DNA of 40,872 bases from an uncultured virus (IMG/VR IMGVR_UViG_3300025371_000001). Lineage: Adnaviria; Zilligvirae; Taleaviricota; Tokiviricetes; Ligamenvirales; Lipothrixviridae. Position numbers and translations under genes: made by a program. The number at the start of each line of letters is the position of its first letter. The first letter of the stretch is position 1. Positions 8,560-18,379 of the stretch are shown one piece after another. The DNA lies in the IMG/VR virus record IMGVR_UViG_3300025371_000001. One strand, 5' to 3'. The notes under the pieces were generated by a model. That model saw nothing but the letters and a program-made list of their open reading frames with translations. It did not search any database and was not told the origin of the DNA.

Positions 8560-8643
8560 TTAGAGATGAGGGAACACCTGGCGTAGCGGCCACGTGTTCC
8601 TGACAAAACAAACATCAAACCTTGCATGCGGGGAAGAGTTCAG
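8560..8643 (+). ncRNA. Candidate small hairpin RNA ending in a degenerate IS200/IS605 right end
   Basis: Stem GGAACACCTGGC (8571-8582) / GCCACGTGTTCC (8589-8600); ends GCGGGGAAGAGTTCAG; upstream TTTAAAA box. Confidence 0.35.
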
Positions 8644-8685
8644 AAAATTTTTAAGTTAAAATACAGAAAACTTTTATGTTAAAAA

Positions 8686-9603
8686 ATGAAACCAGTAGAT
8701 CTTGTAGAACTAGTTAATAAGAACATGAATAGCGTCGAGTTAGAAACATATTTTGAACCAGATAAAGGTTTTTACATTTACACTGGAGTTTTTGAACTGC
8801 AAATTAGTTTAGATTTCGTCAGTACTTATTTTTGGACAAATGTATATCCTTCAGTTGAAGAGCAGTTCTTGTCAACAATTACTCATTCTTCTTTACCTAC
8901 GTCGCCAGGTCGTTATTTCGGGTTTGGATCCGTCATGAAGAAAAGTGACATAAATTCCTTTTTATCGTATTTGAAAAAACAGTTCCTACAACGGCCAGAA
9001 CTTTCAAGATATATTATATTCGAGACAACTGGCGAATTTGCTGGTAGTTTTACAGTTAAAACCGAAGAAATGGACATGAAAACTATGTATGAGGTTGTCA
9101 GAATAATTGCGGCTGCAGCTAACCCGATTGTTAATAATGTCATTAATAAAGTAGAAAATGAGTATAGGAAGTTCATCAACACGTTTAATGTAAACAATTA
9201 CGATGCGTTCGTAGTATGTGCAGTTAATCTAGGGCCAGACAAAATTATATTATCCCGCGGTAATACCAGAATTGTACTAACCAATTATGTAGAGGGTATC
9301 ACACAAATTCCTTTAGGGACGTTGGAATATTACGAGGGAGAATTGTTAAAGTGGTACATTAGTACAAGCGAGACAGTAGACCTTTCTCCATTAAATGGGG
9401 TTTGTACCACAGCTCAGCGTAAGCTAATGAAAGAACATTATGTAATTTCCAAAATGGGAAGTTTCGTAGTTTCATTGAAAACTTCTACAGTAGGTGGTTT
9501 CAGAAATGAAAAGTTCATAGAGTATACAAAAGTTTCATTGCAATCAAACTTTTCTACAGTTTTACAAAATATACTCAGCACATTTATGAAAATTAGGGGA
9601 TAA
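8686..9603 (+). CDS. Hypothetical protein (305 aa)
   Basis: Long ORF; upstream TATA-like boxes. Confidence 0.75.
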   Translation: MKPVDLVELVNKNMNSVELETYFEPDKGFYIYTGVFELQISLDFVSTYFWTNVYPSVEEQFLSTITHSSLPTSPGRYFGFGSVMKKSDINSFLSYLKKQFLQRPELSRYIIFETTGEFAGSFTVKTEEMDMKTMYEVVRIIAAAANPIVNNVINKVENEYRKFINTFNVNNYDAFVVCAVNLGPDKIILSRGNTRIVLTNYVEGITQIPLGTLEYYEGELLKWYISTSETVDLSPLNGVCTTAQRKLMKEHYVISKMGSFVVSLKTSTVGGFRNEKFIEYTKVSLQSNFSTVLQNILSTFMKIRG

Positions 9604-9644
9604 GGAACAGAAAAGTTTTAAACGAATCTGTTTATAATATTTTG

Positions 9645-10484
9645 ATGGTTTTCAAAAAGAATGATTTATATGCAGCTGTTATTCGTTACAACGAACTTCC
9701 AGGCGAGATATTTTTCCTTAAATTAGAATATGATGGTGGACATATTGTATTCACGATGAACGAAAATTGCTATCACATAAGCGTAGAAGATGATGAGTTG
9801 GGAAGCTTTGCTTTGATTAATCGAAATATTAATAATTCTAATTTTTCACAACAAATTATGAAGATTTTAAGTGAGTTTGGTAATTCGGTGGATTTAAAGT
9901 ACATTAAAGCTTTTTCTGAGGTAAGAATTAATGGTGAAGAGATAAAAGTTGATAACAATAAAATGTTGAATTTAATAGACAAGCTTTTCCATATTACGCT
10001 CTCTTATGTCAAGAACAATTTCTCATCCTACCACTTTTCGTTAAATTTTGATAGAATTGTTATATATTACACATATATAATTAGAGAACCTTGGTTTCCT
10101 AGATATTTTGAAAAAAATCCTACATTGAATGGCTATCGGGCATGCACTACAGAATATATTTATGCGGTTTCATATACTTCTTTTGGTGACTCATTCGTTA
10201 TTTATAAAATACAGGATAATAATGAACCTAAAGAAGTTTTCAGAATTGATATGGGTATCTATAAATATTCACAGCGTATTTTATCTAATGTAATAAAATT
10301 AGTTCTACAATCAAAGATCAAGGCAGATAGTTATGAAATTGAAATTAGCGGGAAAAATGTAACCATTAATAATAAGGACGTTAAAGTAGAAGATAAGGTA
10401 GTCAATGATATTAAAGATTTGGTAAAGAGCCAAATAGAATATATTATTAACACCGTAAAGAATAAATTAAACAAGTTAGTGTGA
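9645..10484 (+). CDS. Hypothetical protein (about 279 aa)
   Basis: Leaderless ATG after GAAAAGTTTTAAA. Confidence 0.75.
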   Translation: MVFKKNDLYAAVIRYNELPGEIFFLKLEYDGGHIVFTMNENCYHISVEDDELGSFALINRNINNSNFSQQIMKILSEFGNSVDLKYIKAFSEVRINGEEIKVDNNKMLNLIDKLFHITLSYVKNNFSSYHFSLNFDRIVIYYTYIIREPWFPRYFEKNPTLNGYRACTTEYIYAVSYTSFGDSFVIYKIQDNNEPKEVFRIDMGIYKYSQRILSNVIKLVLQSKIKADSYEIEISGKNVTINNKDVKVEDKVVNDIKDLVKSQIEYIINTVKNKLNKLV

Positions 10485-10567
10485 AGCTCAAGATACGGAG
10501 CAACCACGTCCTACCACCAAAAGCTTTTTAAATTCCCCTTTTTCCTTTATTCACTTGGGGTGGAAAA

Positions 10568-11230
10568 ATGGATATAGATGATTATGTTGATTCAGTTATT
10601 AGGCTAACAAAGGATAATACTATTATAATTTCAGAGTTGGAAATAAAACCAGATAATGCCAATTTTGGTGATATAGTTTGCGGACAATTACAGAGAAGGG
10701 AATTTTTTTACTTATCACCTCCATGTTATCTTGACGGAAAAAGACTTATTGCACTCATGGTTTTAGAGACGGGTGACATATTTCCTTTCTTTAAAGACGA
10801 CGAAAAAAATTTACGTATAACTATATATAATTCACTTCTAGGATTCGCTGTTGTTAAAAGTTTCACTATATATAAAATATATGTAGACAAATTTACAAGC
10901 GATGATAACTTCAATTACATACTCACTACTACCGATAATATAGATATTGTTACTCTATTATATGCTAAACTTAGCGGAAAGCGTAGTGAAAACATGTTCA
11001 TGATATATTCTACACCGCTTGTCGTTATCAAACTACCGTATATAAACGCTTTACCTAAGTATTCCGCGTTATATATAGAGGGAACAAATATTACTGTTGA
11101 TGAAATTAATGTTGACACGCTTAGACAACTTCTATACAAAAACTATGAGAACGCGAAAAAAAGCTTACAACGTGTACTTGAGGACAATCCACAATTAGCA
11201 CAATTAATAGAGAAATTAGAAATTTATTAA
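10568..11230 (+). CDS. Hypothetical protein (220 aa)
   Basis: Promoter cassette 10507-10567 with GGGGTGG SD. Confidence 0.8.
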   Translation: MDIDDYVDSVIRLTKDNTIIISELEIKPDNANFGDIVCGQLQRREFFYLSPPCYLDGKRLIALMVLETGDIFPFFKDDEKNLRITIYNSLLGFAVVKSFTIYKIYVDKFTSDDNFNYILTTTDNIDIVTLLYAKLSGKRSENMFMIYSTPLVVIKLPYINALPKYSALYIEGTNITVDEINVDTLRQLLYKNYENAKKSLQRVLEDNPQLAQLIEKLEIY

Positions 11231-11250
11231 GTTCTACGTTAAAGGGACGT

Positions 11251-11324
11251 AAAACTACGTTACTCAGTACGGAGTAAAATTTAAATTTCAGAACGTGTAA
11301 AGTGTAATAAAATACACCTAATGT
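11251..11324 (+). promoter_or_regulatory. Array leader/promoter, copy 3
   Basis: Near-identical to 4561-4634; TATA 11280-11285. Confidence 0.8.
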
Positions 11325-11946
11325 TGCACACAAGCAAGGGAGTTCCTCAATAAATATCATTTTGCACACAAGCAATTTTGAGGCTCAATAATGGATGTAT
11401 TGCACACAAGCAAAAGGGAAAATTCAATAATTAAAAAATTGCACACTAGCAAGAGAAATGCTCAATAAAGACTTAATTGCACACTAGCAATGGGAAAATT
11501 CAGTAAATAAACGATTGCACACAAGCAAAAAATCGTCTCAATAATAATCGATTTGCACACTAGCAATCGGCTACTTCAATAATCTTCTTGATGCACACAA
11601 GCAAAGGAAAAAGTCGATAATATAGACGCTGCACATAAGCAAAAAGAGGGTTCAATAAATACTGTAATGCACATGAGCAATGAATGAGGTCAATAAGAAA
11701 TATACTGCACACGAGCAATTTAGAATCTCAATAAATTGCCTACTGCACACGAGCAACTAAGCTATTCAATAAAAAACCAATTGCACATAAGCAAGAGAAA
11801 ATTTCAATAAGAGTTAGATCGCACATAAGCAACAGATAAAGTCAATAATATCTATCTTGCACACAAGCAAGTGCCTAGCTCAATAATTACTGCACTGCAC
11901 ACAAGCAAGATAAAAATTCAATAAGAAGTGAAATGCACACAAGTAA
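11325..11946 (+). repeat. TIGR-like dual-repeat guide array 4 (16 units)
   Basis: 17 repeats from 11325 to 11934; 38-nt period with one 39-nt unit. Confidence 0.9.
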
Positions 11947-12033
11947 TCGTTTATAATCACGTCCTCTCACCGAAAACTTTTTAAACTCCCCTCTCTCTTT
12001 CTTGTCATGGGGCTAAAGCCCCAGGTGGAAAAA

Positions 12034-12312
12034 GTGGAAAAAAATGAAATTGAAGATAATTGGGAAAAATTAGTGTATAACCAGAATGAAAGTATGAAGG
12101 ACGTGCTACGTTTTAGACAATTACGTAGTTATATTGATAAAAAAATACCAGAAATCTTACAACAAAAAAAGACGTTATTTATACCATTCAATAACAGTAG
12201 AGATGCTGCAGTTATAACGCTTGGAGTATATATAAATAAAGTACATAAATTGTATGTCAGGTATAATAAAGACGGTATACTTATTTTCCCACAACAAAAC
12301 CCTCCGAGATAA
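12034..12312 (+). CDS. Small basic hypothetical protein
   Basis: GTG after GGTGG SD (alternative ATG 12007); promoter cassette from 11960. Confidence 0.65.
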   Translation: MEKNEIEDNWEKLVYNQNESMKDVLRFRQLRSYIDKKIPEILQQKKTLFIPFNNSRDAAVITLGVYINKVHKLYVRYNKDGILIFPQQNPPR

Positions 12313-12399
12313 GGAGATAGTTGCGTCCTCCCAGCGAAAGCTTTTTAACCCCCTTTCCCCTTTCTTATCATGGGGCTAAAAGCCCCAGGTGAAGAAAAA

Positions 12400-12729
12400 A
12401 TGAGCATGCGTCCTATAGATGTTCCCAATATTAAGTTACCACCACATACATTATTAATGATGATTAGTAATAACGACGACATATTATTATCGTTCTGTCG
12501 GAATAAAAAACCAAAACATGGAGTTGTCACAAATTACGGTATAAGATGGGAAAATTATGATGAGTTTCGTAAAGACGCTGATAACGTATGTCACGAATTT
12601 TACCAACTTTTAGTCGTTTACCCGAATAACATGGTAATTGCACCATGTCACGCCGACGAAGTATATAACTTACGTATTGATCCAATAACGGGAGAAAAAT
12701 TGCCCAGCAAATTGGGGACGGAAAAATGA
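12400..12729 (+). CDS. Hypothetical protein
   Basis: ATG after GGTG SD; promoter cassette from 12324. Confidence 0.7.
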   Translation: MSMRPIDVPNIKLPPHTLLMMISNNDDILLSFCRNKKPKHGVVTNYGIRWENYDEFRKDADNVCHEFYQLLVVYPNNMVIAPCHADEVYNLRIDPITGEKLPSKLGTEK

Positions 12730-13511
12730 ATATAAACGAAATGCTTGAGCGTCTTAATAAGATAGAAATTCCTAAAAAATATTCCGTTCTTTCAATCATT
12801 TATAAGAATTATAAATTTCTTAACAACGATTCCGTATTATTGAAATATAATGACAAGTTCTATATTTATAGAAACAAAGGTTCGACGAGAATGCTAATCG
12901 ACCTCGATGATCGTAAGGTATACATAGGTATCCCAGCGATACTCGCCCGCGGACTAAATTTTAAATTTGTAATACTTCCATATTCATTTGAGTTTTCGCA
13001 TAAGAAATTAAACACTATATTATCAAACACGATGTTTATTGAAGAAGAAGCAGAACCGATAGACGTCGTTAGCGAATTCGGACTTCTCATGAGTGATATG
13101 GGAAGGGATATAGTTTTCGAATATGATGTTACGAAAAGAGCAGAAGAAATACGTAACAAATATTCACGACCAGACAGTGTAGACGTTAAGACGAAGGTCG
13201 TTAATATCAGAGGCTATACGAAAAAGATCGACATCGTAACACTAAAATATGGTAATGATGAAATTAAACTTACCCATGTGGCAAGAAATATATTAGGACT
13301 TAGCAATAGTGAACTTATAACGTATTCTATGGTTTGCGAAAAACTTTATTCATCTTCTGCATGTTCTGCCGCAGTGAGACGTAATATATTCAAAACGTTA
13401 CACGAACTACGCGATTATGGACTTATTGATAAACAATATGCTCTTACGACGGTTAAAGGTTTTACAGTTTACCGTTCAAGCACAAAGGTTGAGAACGATG
13501 AAAATAGTTGA
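12726..13511 (+). CDS. Hypothetical protein with family-like N-terminal tag; possible C-terminal winged helix
   Basis: Starts MNINEMLERLNKIEI; VRRNIFKTLHELRDYGLID near the C-terminus; ATGA overlap with the upstream gene. Confidence 0.7.
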   Translation: MNINEMLERLNKIEIPKKYSVLSIIYKNYKFLNNDSVLLKYNDKFYIYRNKGSTRMLIDLDDRKVYIGIPAILARGLNFKFVILPYSFEFSHKKLNTILSNTMFIEEEAEPIDVVSEFGLLMSDMGRDIVFEYDVTKRAEEIRNKYSRPDSVDVKTKVVNIRGYTKKIDIVTLKYGNDEIKLTHVARNILGLSNSELITYSMVCEKLYSSSACSAAVRRNIFKTLHELRDYGLIDKQYALTTVKGFTVYRSSTKVENDENS

Positions 13512-14241
13512 AATGCTTAAACGCCTAGAAAACGTTGAAATTGATGAAGATGAAAGACATGAAATCGCCGAGTATATAGCACGAAAATTTAGTGTTGATG
13601 ATTCAGTATACATACACCATATCATGACGAAAGATAAGACAATATACGACTTCGACACGTATGAAATTCTTCTCAAATCTAACAAAATATCACCCGACGA
13701 TGCGTTTGTATACGTAGAAGACTACAATTCGGATGCACATTACCCAGCATATTATCTTTATCCATTCCTCGTTGGTGAATTTCTCTTACCGAACGCTTAT
13801 TTATCTAAACTAGGTTTTAGACCTGACTATTATTATGTAGCACCTGCTACTGGGCTTAAATACATCGCCATAGTTAATGAATTTAGAGACTTTGGTCGTA
13901 TGGTCGTAGAGGTAGCTGACATTGATACTGTAGTAATCAGTACGAACCTGCAGACGTTAGTCCAAGGTGTTTTAAGTACAAAACACAGTATTGAATGCAT
14001 GACTTATAAGGATGCAGCAGAGATTATGTCAAGATTTCTCTCGCAGAAACTTTTCGCTGGATATAATTTTAGTATGGCGGAAAAGATAATTCGTAGATAT
14101 TATGAAGATAATGACACTTCGTCGGCTAAAGACGTTGAGGCCATCAAAGACGCATATAATCATATATTTCAACCATATCGAGTAGTATACGACCTAAACA
14201 CTAAGCAATTTGTAGTAAGTGGTAACAATGAAAGTAGATGA
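13498..14241 (+). CDS. MKVDELLK paralog family member 1
   Basis: Shared motifs YPFL, AYLSKLG, PATGLKY, SQKLFAGY, DAYNxIFxPYR. Confidence 0.85.
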   Translation: MKIVEMLKRLENVEIDEDERHEIAEYIARKFSVDDSVYIHHIMTKDKTIYDFDTYEILLKSNKISPDDAFVYVEDYNSDAHYPAYYLYPFLVGEFLLPNAYLSKLGFRPDYYYVAPATGLKYIAIVNEFRDFGRMVVEVADIDTVVISTNLQTLVQGVLSTKHSIECMTYKDAAEIMSRFLSQKLFAGYNFSMAEKIIRRYYEDNDTSSAKDVEAIKDAYNHIFQPYRVVYDLNTKQFVVSGNNESR

Positions 14242-14968
14242 ACTACTTAAACATCTAGAAAGCATCAAAATTGATGAAGACGAAAAACGTGAAATCGCAG
14301 AATATATAGCACAAAAATTAGGCGTTGATAATTCACCACGCATACATCATTATATCATAACGAAAGACAGGAAAATATACGACACCAGCTCATACAAAGA
14401 GCTTCTCAAATCTAACGGAATTTCACCTAACGACGCATATGTATACGTAAAAAATGACTATTCCGCTGTATACGACTTAGTAAGTTATCTTTACCCTTTT
14501 CTCATTGATAGATATTTCCTACCACACGCTTATTTATCGAAACTAGGTTTAGAAAGCAAATTTTATCGTATAGCACCTGCTACTGGACTTAGATACGTCT
14601 CTATGGTTGTTCGTTTCCTAAACGCTAAACATGCAGTCGTAGAGGTAGCTAACATCGATAATGTAGCAATTTACACTAACTTACCAAGAATAGTACGCGA
14701 TATAAGTACTAAACAAATAGACGACGAAGATGACGAGGTGGCAGAAATTATTGCCTCCGAATTGGTTTCGCAAAAAATTTTCGCTGGACATGACTACTAT
14801 AAGGCATTAGCTATACTTCATAAATTTTACGAAAATCGTGATACATCATTAGCTAAAGAAGTTGAGGCCATCAAAGACGCATATAATCATATATTTCAAC
14901 CATATCGAGTAGTATACGACCTAAACACTAAGCAATTTGTAGTAAGTGGTAACAATGAAAGTAGATGA
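14228..14968 (+). CDS. MKVDELLK paralog family member 2
   Basis: Family motifs; 14-nt overlap with the previous gene. Confidence 0.85.
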   Translation: MKVDELLKHLESIKIDEDEKREIAEYIAQKLGVDNSPRIHHYIITKDRKIYDTSSYKELLKSNGISPNDAYVYVKNDYSAVYDLVSYLYPFLIDRYFLPHAYLSKLGLESKFYRIAPATGLRYVSMVVRFLNAKHAVVEVANIDNVAIYTNLPRIVRDISTKQIDDEDDEVAEIIASELVSQKIFAGHDYYKALAILHKFYENRDTSLAKEVEAIKDAYNHIFQPYRVVYDLNTKQFVVSGNNESR

Positions 14969-15677
14969 ACTACTTAAACGCTTAGAAAATGTTAGAACTG
15001 ACGAAGACGAAATCAACGAAAGACGTAAAATCGCTGAGTACTTAGCACGAAAATTTAGTGTTGATAAATCACCATACGTATATCATATCATGACGAAAGA
15101 CAAGAAAATATACGACATCGACTCATACGAAAAGCTTCTCAAATCTAACAAAATTTCACCTAACGACGCGTATGTATACATAGAATACTACGATTTCACG
15201 ACATATGGCCCAGGAATATATTTATACCCATTTCTCATGTATGAAAGCAAAACAACTTTGATATACGCTTATCTAGCTAGGCTAAGTTTGAGGTCTTTAT
15301 ATGCAGAACCTGCTACTGGACTTAAATACGTCGCTATGACCATTCGTTTTCTAAGCATTGGCCGTATGGTCGTAGAGGTAGTTGATATTGGTACTGTAGT
15401 AATAAACACGAATTTACTGACGTTAATACACGGTATTTTAAGTAATAAATATATACACGTCGATGAAGTAGAAGATGTCGCATCAGTACTACACTCACGG
15501 AAACTTTTCGCTGGATATGACTCTAACGAGACACTGAGGATACTCGATAGATATTACGAAAAACATGATACATCATTAGCTAAAGACGTTGAGGCCATCA
15601 GAGACGCGTATGATCACATCTTCAAACCATTCCGTATAGAATACGACTTAAACACTAAACAATTCATACCAACTTAA
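14955..15677 (+). CDS. MKVDELLK paralog family member 3
   Basis: Family motifs; 14-nt overlap. Confidence 0.85.
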   Translation: MKVDELLKRLENVRTDEDEINERRKIAEYLARKFSVDKSPYVYHIMTKDKKIYDIDSYEKLLKSNKISPNDAYVYIEYYDFTTYGPGIYLYPFLMYESKTTLIYAYLARLSLRSLYAEPATGLKYVAMTIRFLSIGRMVVEVVDIGTVVINTNLLTLIHGILSNKYIHVDEVEDVASVLHSRKLFAGYDSNETLRILDRYYEKHDTSLAKDVEAIRDAYDHIFKPFRIEYDLNTKQFIPT

Positions 15678-15739
15678 CAACATTCTCTCACAGAAAGCTT
15701 TTTAAACCCCCTTCACCTTTTTCTCCCTTTGGTGAGAGC

Positions 15740-16027
15740 ATGAGCGAAAATAAAGAAAAGAAAAAATACGTTGTCTATGGTATAGAATATAATATAGACC
15801 TAGACGACAAATACGTTGTATACGATATTTGTGTACCTAAAGACCAGGAAGACGAGTTCCTTAAATGGGTAGAGGAAAACAAAATCATACGTGGTTATAG
15901 TCCTGGTGGCGAAGCAGATGAGGATGAATGTCGTGCAATATTTCGTCATGGCAAGCTATGTTTCATCACGTCAATGAGATCCAGTCTAGCACTTCTGATA
16001 ATGTTAACAAAGTCGGGTAGCTTATGA
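15740..16027 (+). CDS. Hypothetical protein (95 aa)
   Basis: Promoter cassette from 15682 with GGTGA SD. Confidence 0.7.
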   Translation: MSENKEKKKYVVYGIEYNIDLDDKYVVYDICVPKDQEDEFLKWVEENKIIRGYSPGGEADEDECRAIFRHGKLCFITSMRSSLALLIMLTKSGSL

Positions 16028-16046
16028 AGTTTATTAGGTGGTATTT

Positions 16047-16802
16047 ATGAAGGTTGATGAACTAATTAAACATCTAGGAAACATTAAAACCGACGAGAAT
16101 AAAATCGACGAAAAACGTGAAATCGCTGAATACCTAGCACAAGTATTCGATGGTAGCGTGATACCAGCCACAACTAATTTTATGATGAAAGATAAGACAG
16201 TATACGGCTTCGACTCGTATGTAAATCTTTTCAGGACTCGCAGAATCTCACCAGACGATGCATTTGTATACGTGGGTTCCTACTATACGTCTGGAACTTT
16301 TCCAGTAGATTATCTTTATCCTTTCCTCACTGATAAATATCTTTTAAGGAACGCATATCTATCTAAACTAGGTTGCGGACCTAGTGACTGTAGTACTTAT
16401 GCACCTGCACGTGGACTTAAATACGTCAGTATGGCTAGTATATTTACAGACGCTAGACGTGTGGTCGTGGAGGTAGCTGATCTCGATACTGTCGCAATCA
16501 ACACAAATTTATTAACTATAGCACACAATGTTTTAAGTACAACTGGATACATGTGTAGTGATAAAAAAGCAGCAGAGATTATGTCAAGATTTCTCTCGCA
16601 GAAACTTTTCGCTGGATATGACTTCATCGAGGCGGGAAATATAATGAGTAAATATTACAAAGACAATGACACATTACTGATTACAGACGTTAAGGCTATA
16701 AGAGACGCTTATAATCGTATCTTCAAACCATATCGAATAGTATACAACATAAAGACCAAACGAGTCATACCACTTAGCGTCCTCTCACCGAAAGCTTTTT
16801 AA
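16047..16802 (+). CDS. MKVDELLK paralog family member 4
   Basis: Family motifs; GGTGG SD. Confidence 0.85.
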   Translation: MKVDELIKHLGNIKTDENKIDEKREIAEYLAQVFDGSVIPATTNFMMKDKTVYGFDSYVNLFRTRRISPDDAFVYVGSYYTSGTFPVDYLYPFLTDKYLLRNAYLSKLGCGPSDCSTYAPARGLKYVSMASIFTDARRVVVEVADLDTVAINTNLLTIAHNVLSTTGYMCSDKKAAEIMSRFLSQKLFAGYDFIEAGNIMSKYYKDNDTLLITDVKAIRDAYNRIFKPYRIVYNIKTKRVIPLSVLSPKAF

Positions 16803-16836
16803 ACTCCCTTCATTTACTTCTCTCTTTGGTGAGAAC

Positions 16837-17631
16837 ATGAAGACTGATGAGTTACTTAAACATTTAGAAAACACTAAAATCGACGAAAAACGTGAAATCG
16901 CCGAATACCACGATGAAAAACATAAAATTATTGAATATATATTACAAAAACTTGGTGATAAACTTTATGATAGAACACATTTATATCACATTATAACAAA
17001 AACTGGTGAAATATATGAATTAGGTATGTATGAAGATCTTCTCAAACACGACTCTAACGTCTCACCAGCATACATATTTATAGCAAACCTCTGGTCTACA
17101 TCCGATTATGATCTAGTATTAGGTTATTGTCCTTTTATAGGTGAAAGAGATCTTCTGACATATGCTTATTTGCTAAAACATTACTATTATATAACCCACT
17201 TTGACGACCTTAAATACATGGCTATGATTATCCATTTTTCAACGTTTATTAAGATTGAAGTAGTCGATATCGACACTGTTGCAAACAACATGAATTTAAC
17301 AAAATTAATACGGATGTTAAGTGAAGTGGAAGATGAGAACAAAAAAGTGGAAGAGTTTGAGCTTTACGTTGGCACTCAGAGACTATTTAATGGGTATAAC
17401 TTTTATGAAGTAGTAAGAATAATTGAAAGGTACTACGAGGCTTTAAATATTAGATATATTCCCGATATGGTATCACTGGGTAAAGAAGTCGGGGACATCA
17501 GAGACGCTTACGAACGTATATTTCAACCATATCGTGTAGAATACGACTTGGAGACTAAACAATTATATCGAGTAGTATACGACTCAAAGACTAAACGATT
17601 TGTAGTAAGTGGTAACAATGAAAGTAGATGA
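16837..17631 (+). CDS. MKVDELLK paralog family member 5 (divergent, with internal duplications)
   Basis: Family motifs are degenerate; DEKxxIxEY and YRVxYD segments are duplicated. Confidence 0.85.
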   Translation: MKTDELLKHLENTKIDEKREIAEYHDEKHKIIEYILQKLGDKLYDRTHLYHIITKTGEIYELGMYEDLLKHDSNVSPAYIFIANLWSTSDYDLVLGYCPFIGERDLLTYAYLLKHYYYITHFDDLKYMAMIIHFSTFIKIEVVDIDTVANNMNLTKLIRMLSEVEDENKKVEEFELYVGTQRLFNGYNFYEVVRIIERYYEALNIRYIPDMVSLGKEVGDIRDAYERIFQPYRVEYDLETKQLYRVVYDSKTKRFVVSGNNESR

Positions 17632-18379
17632 ACTACTTAAACATCTAGAAAACATCAAAACCGATGAAGACGAAAGACGTAAAATCGCTGAGTATATAGC
17701 ACAAACGTTCGGTGATAAAGGGCTGCGAGACTTATTTTATGTTATGATGAAAGATAAGACAATATACTATTTCAGCGAGTATAGAGACCTTCTCAAATCT
17801 AACAGAATTTCACCTAATGACGCATACGTATACGTAGATAACAATTATTTCGAATCCAGCTCTGAAAGTTATTTTTACCCTTTTCTCGGTCAAGGAGTGC
17901 CCTTGATAGACGGAATATCTTTGATAACCGCTTATTTATCGAAACTAGGTTTCGAAACCAAATATTATTATCGTATAGCACCAGCTACTGGTCTCAAATA
18001 TGTTGCAGTAGTTTATCATTTTCCAGAAGTCGGTCGTACGGTTGTAGAGGTAGCTGATATTGACATCGTTGTGATCAATACACATTTACCAATATTAATA
18101 TACGATGTTTTAAGTACAAAATATGGTGCTAAATATATGACTAATGATGAGGTAAGAGGGATCATATCCCAATTTATCTCACAAAAACTTTTTGCTGGAC
18201 ATACCTTTATCGAAGCACAAGATATAATTCGTAAATATTATAAAAATCACGACATAACAATGGCTAAAGAAGTTGAAGCCATTGGAGACGCATATAATCG
18301 TATCTTCCAACCATCTCGAGTAGTATACGACCTAAACACTAAGCAATTTGTAGTAAGTGGTAACAATGAAAGTAGATGA
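17618..18379 (+). CDS. MKVDELLK paralog family member 6
   Basis: Family motifs. Confidence 0.85.
   Translation: MKVDELLKHLENIKTDEDERRKIAEYIAQTFGDKGLRDLFYVMMKDKTIYYFSEYRDLLKSNRISPNDAYVYVDNNYFESSSESYFYPFLGQGVPLIDGISLITAYLSKLGFETKYYYRIAPATGLKYVAVVYHFPEVGRTVVEVADIDIVVINTHLPILIYDVLSTKYGAKYMTNDEVRGIISQFISQKLFAGHTFIEAQDIIRKYYKNHDITMAKEVEAIGDAYNRIFQPSRVVYDLNTKQFVVSGNNESR

Noticed and set aside
4635..11946. Calling the 38-nt arrays CRISPR
   Set aside because: They have two alternating short repeats with 9-nt spacers and no cas genes, which does not fit CRISPR geometry.
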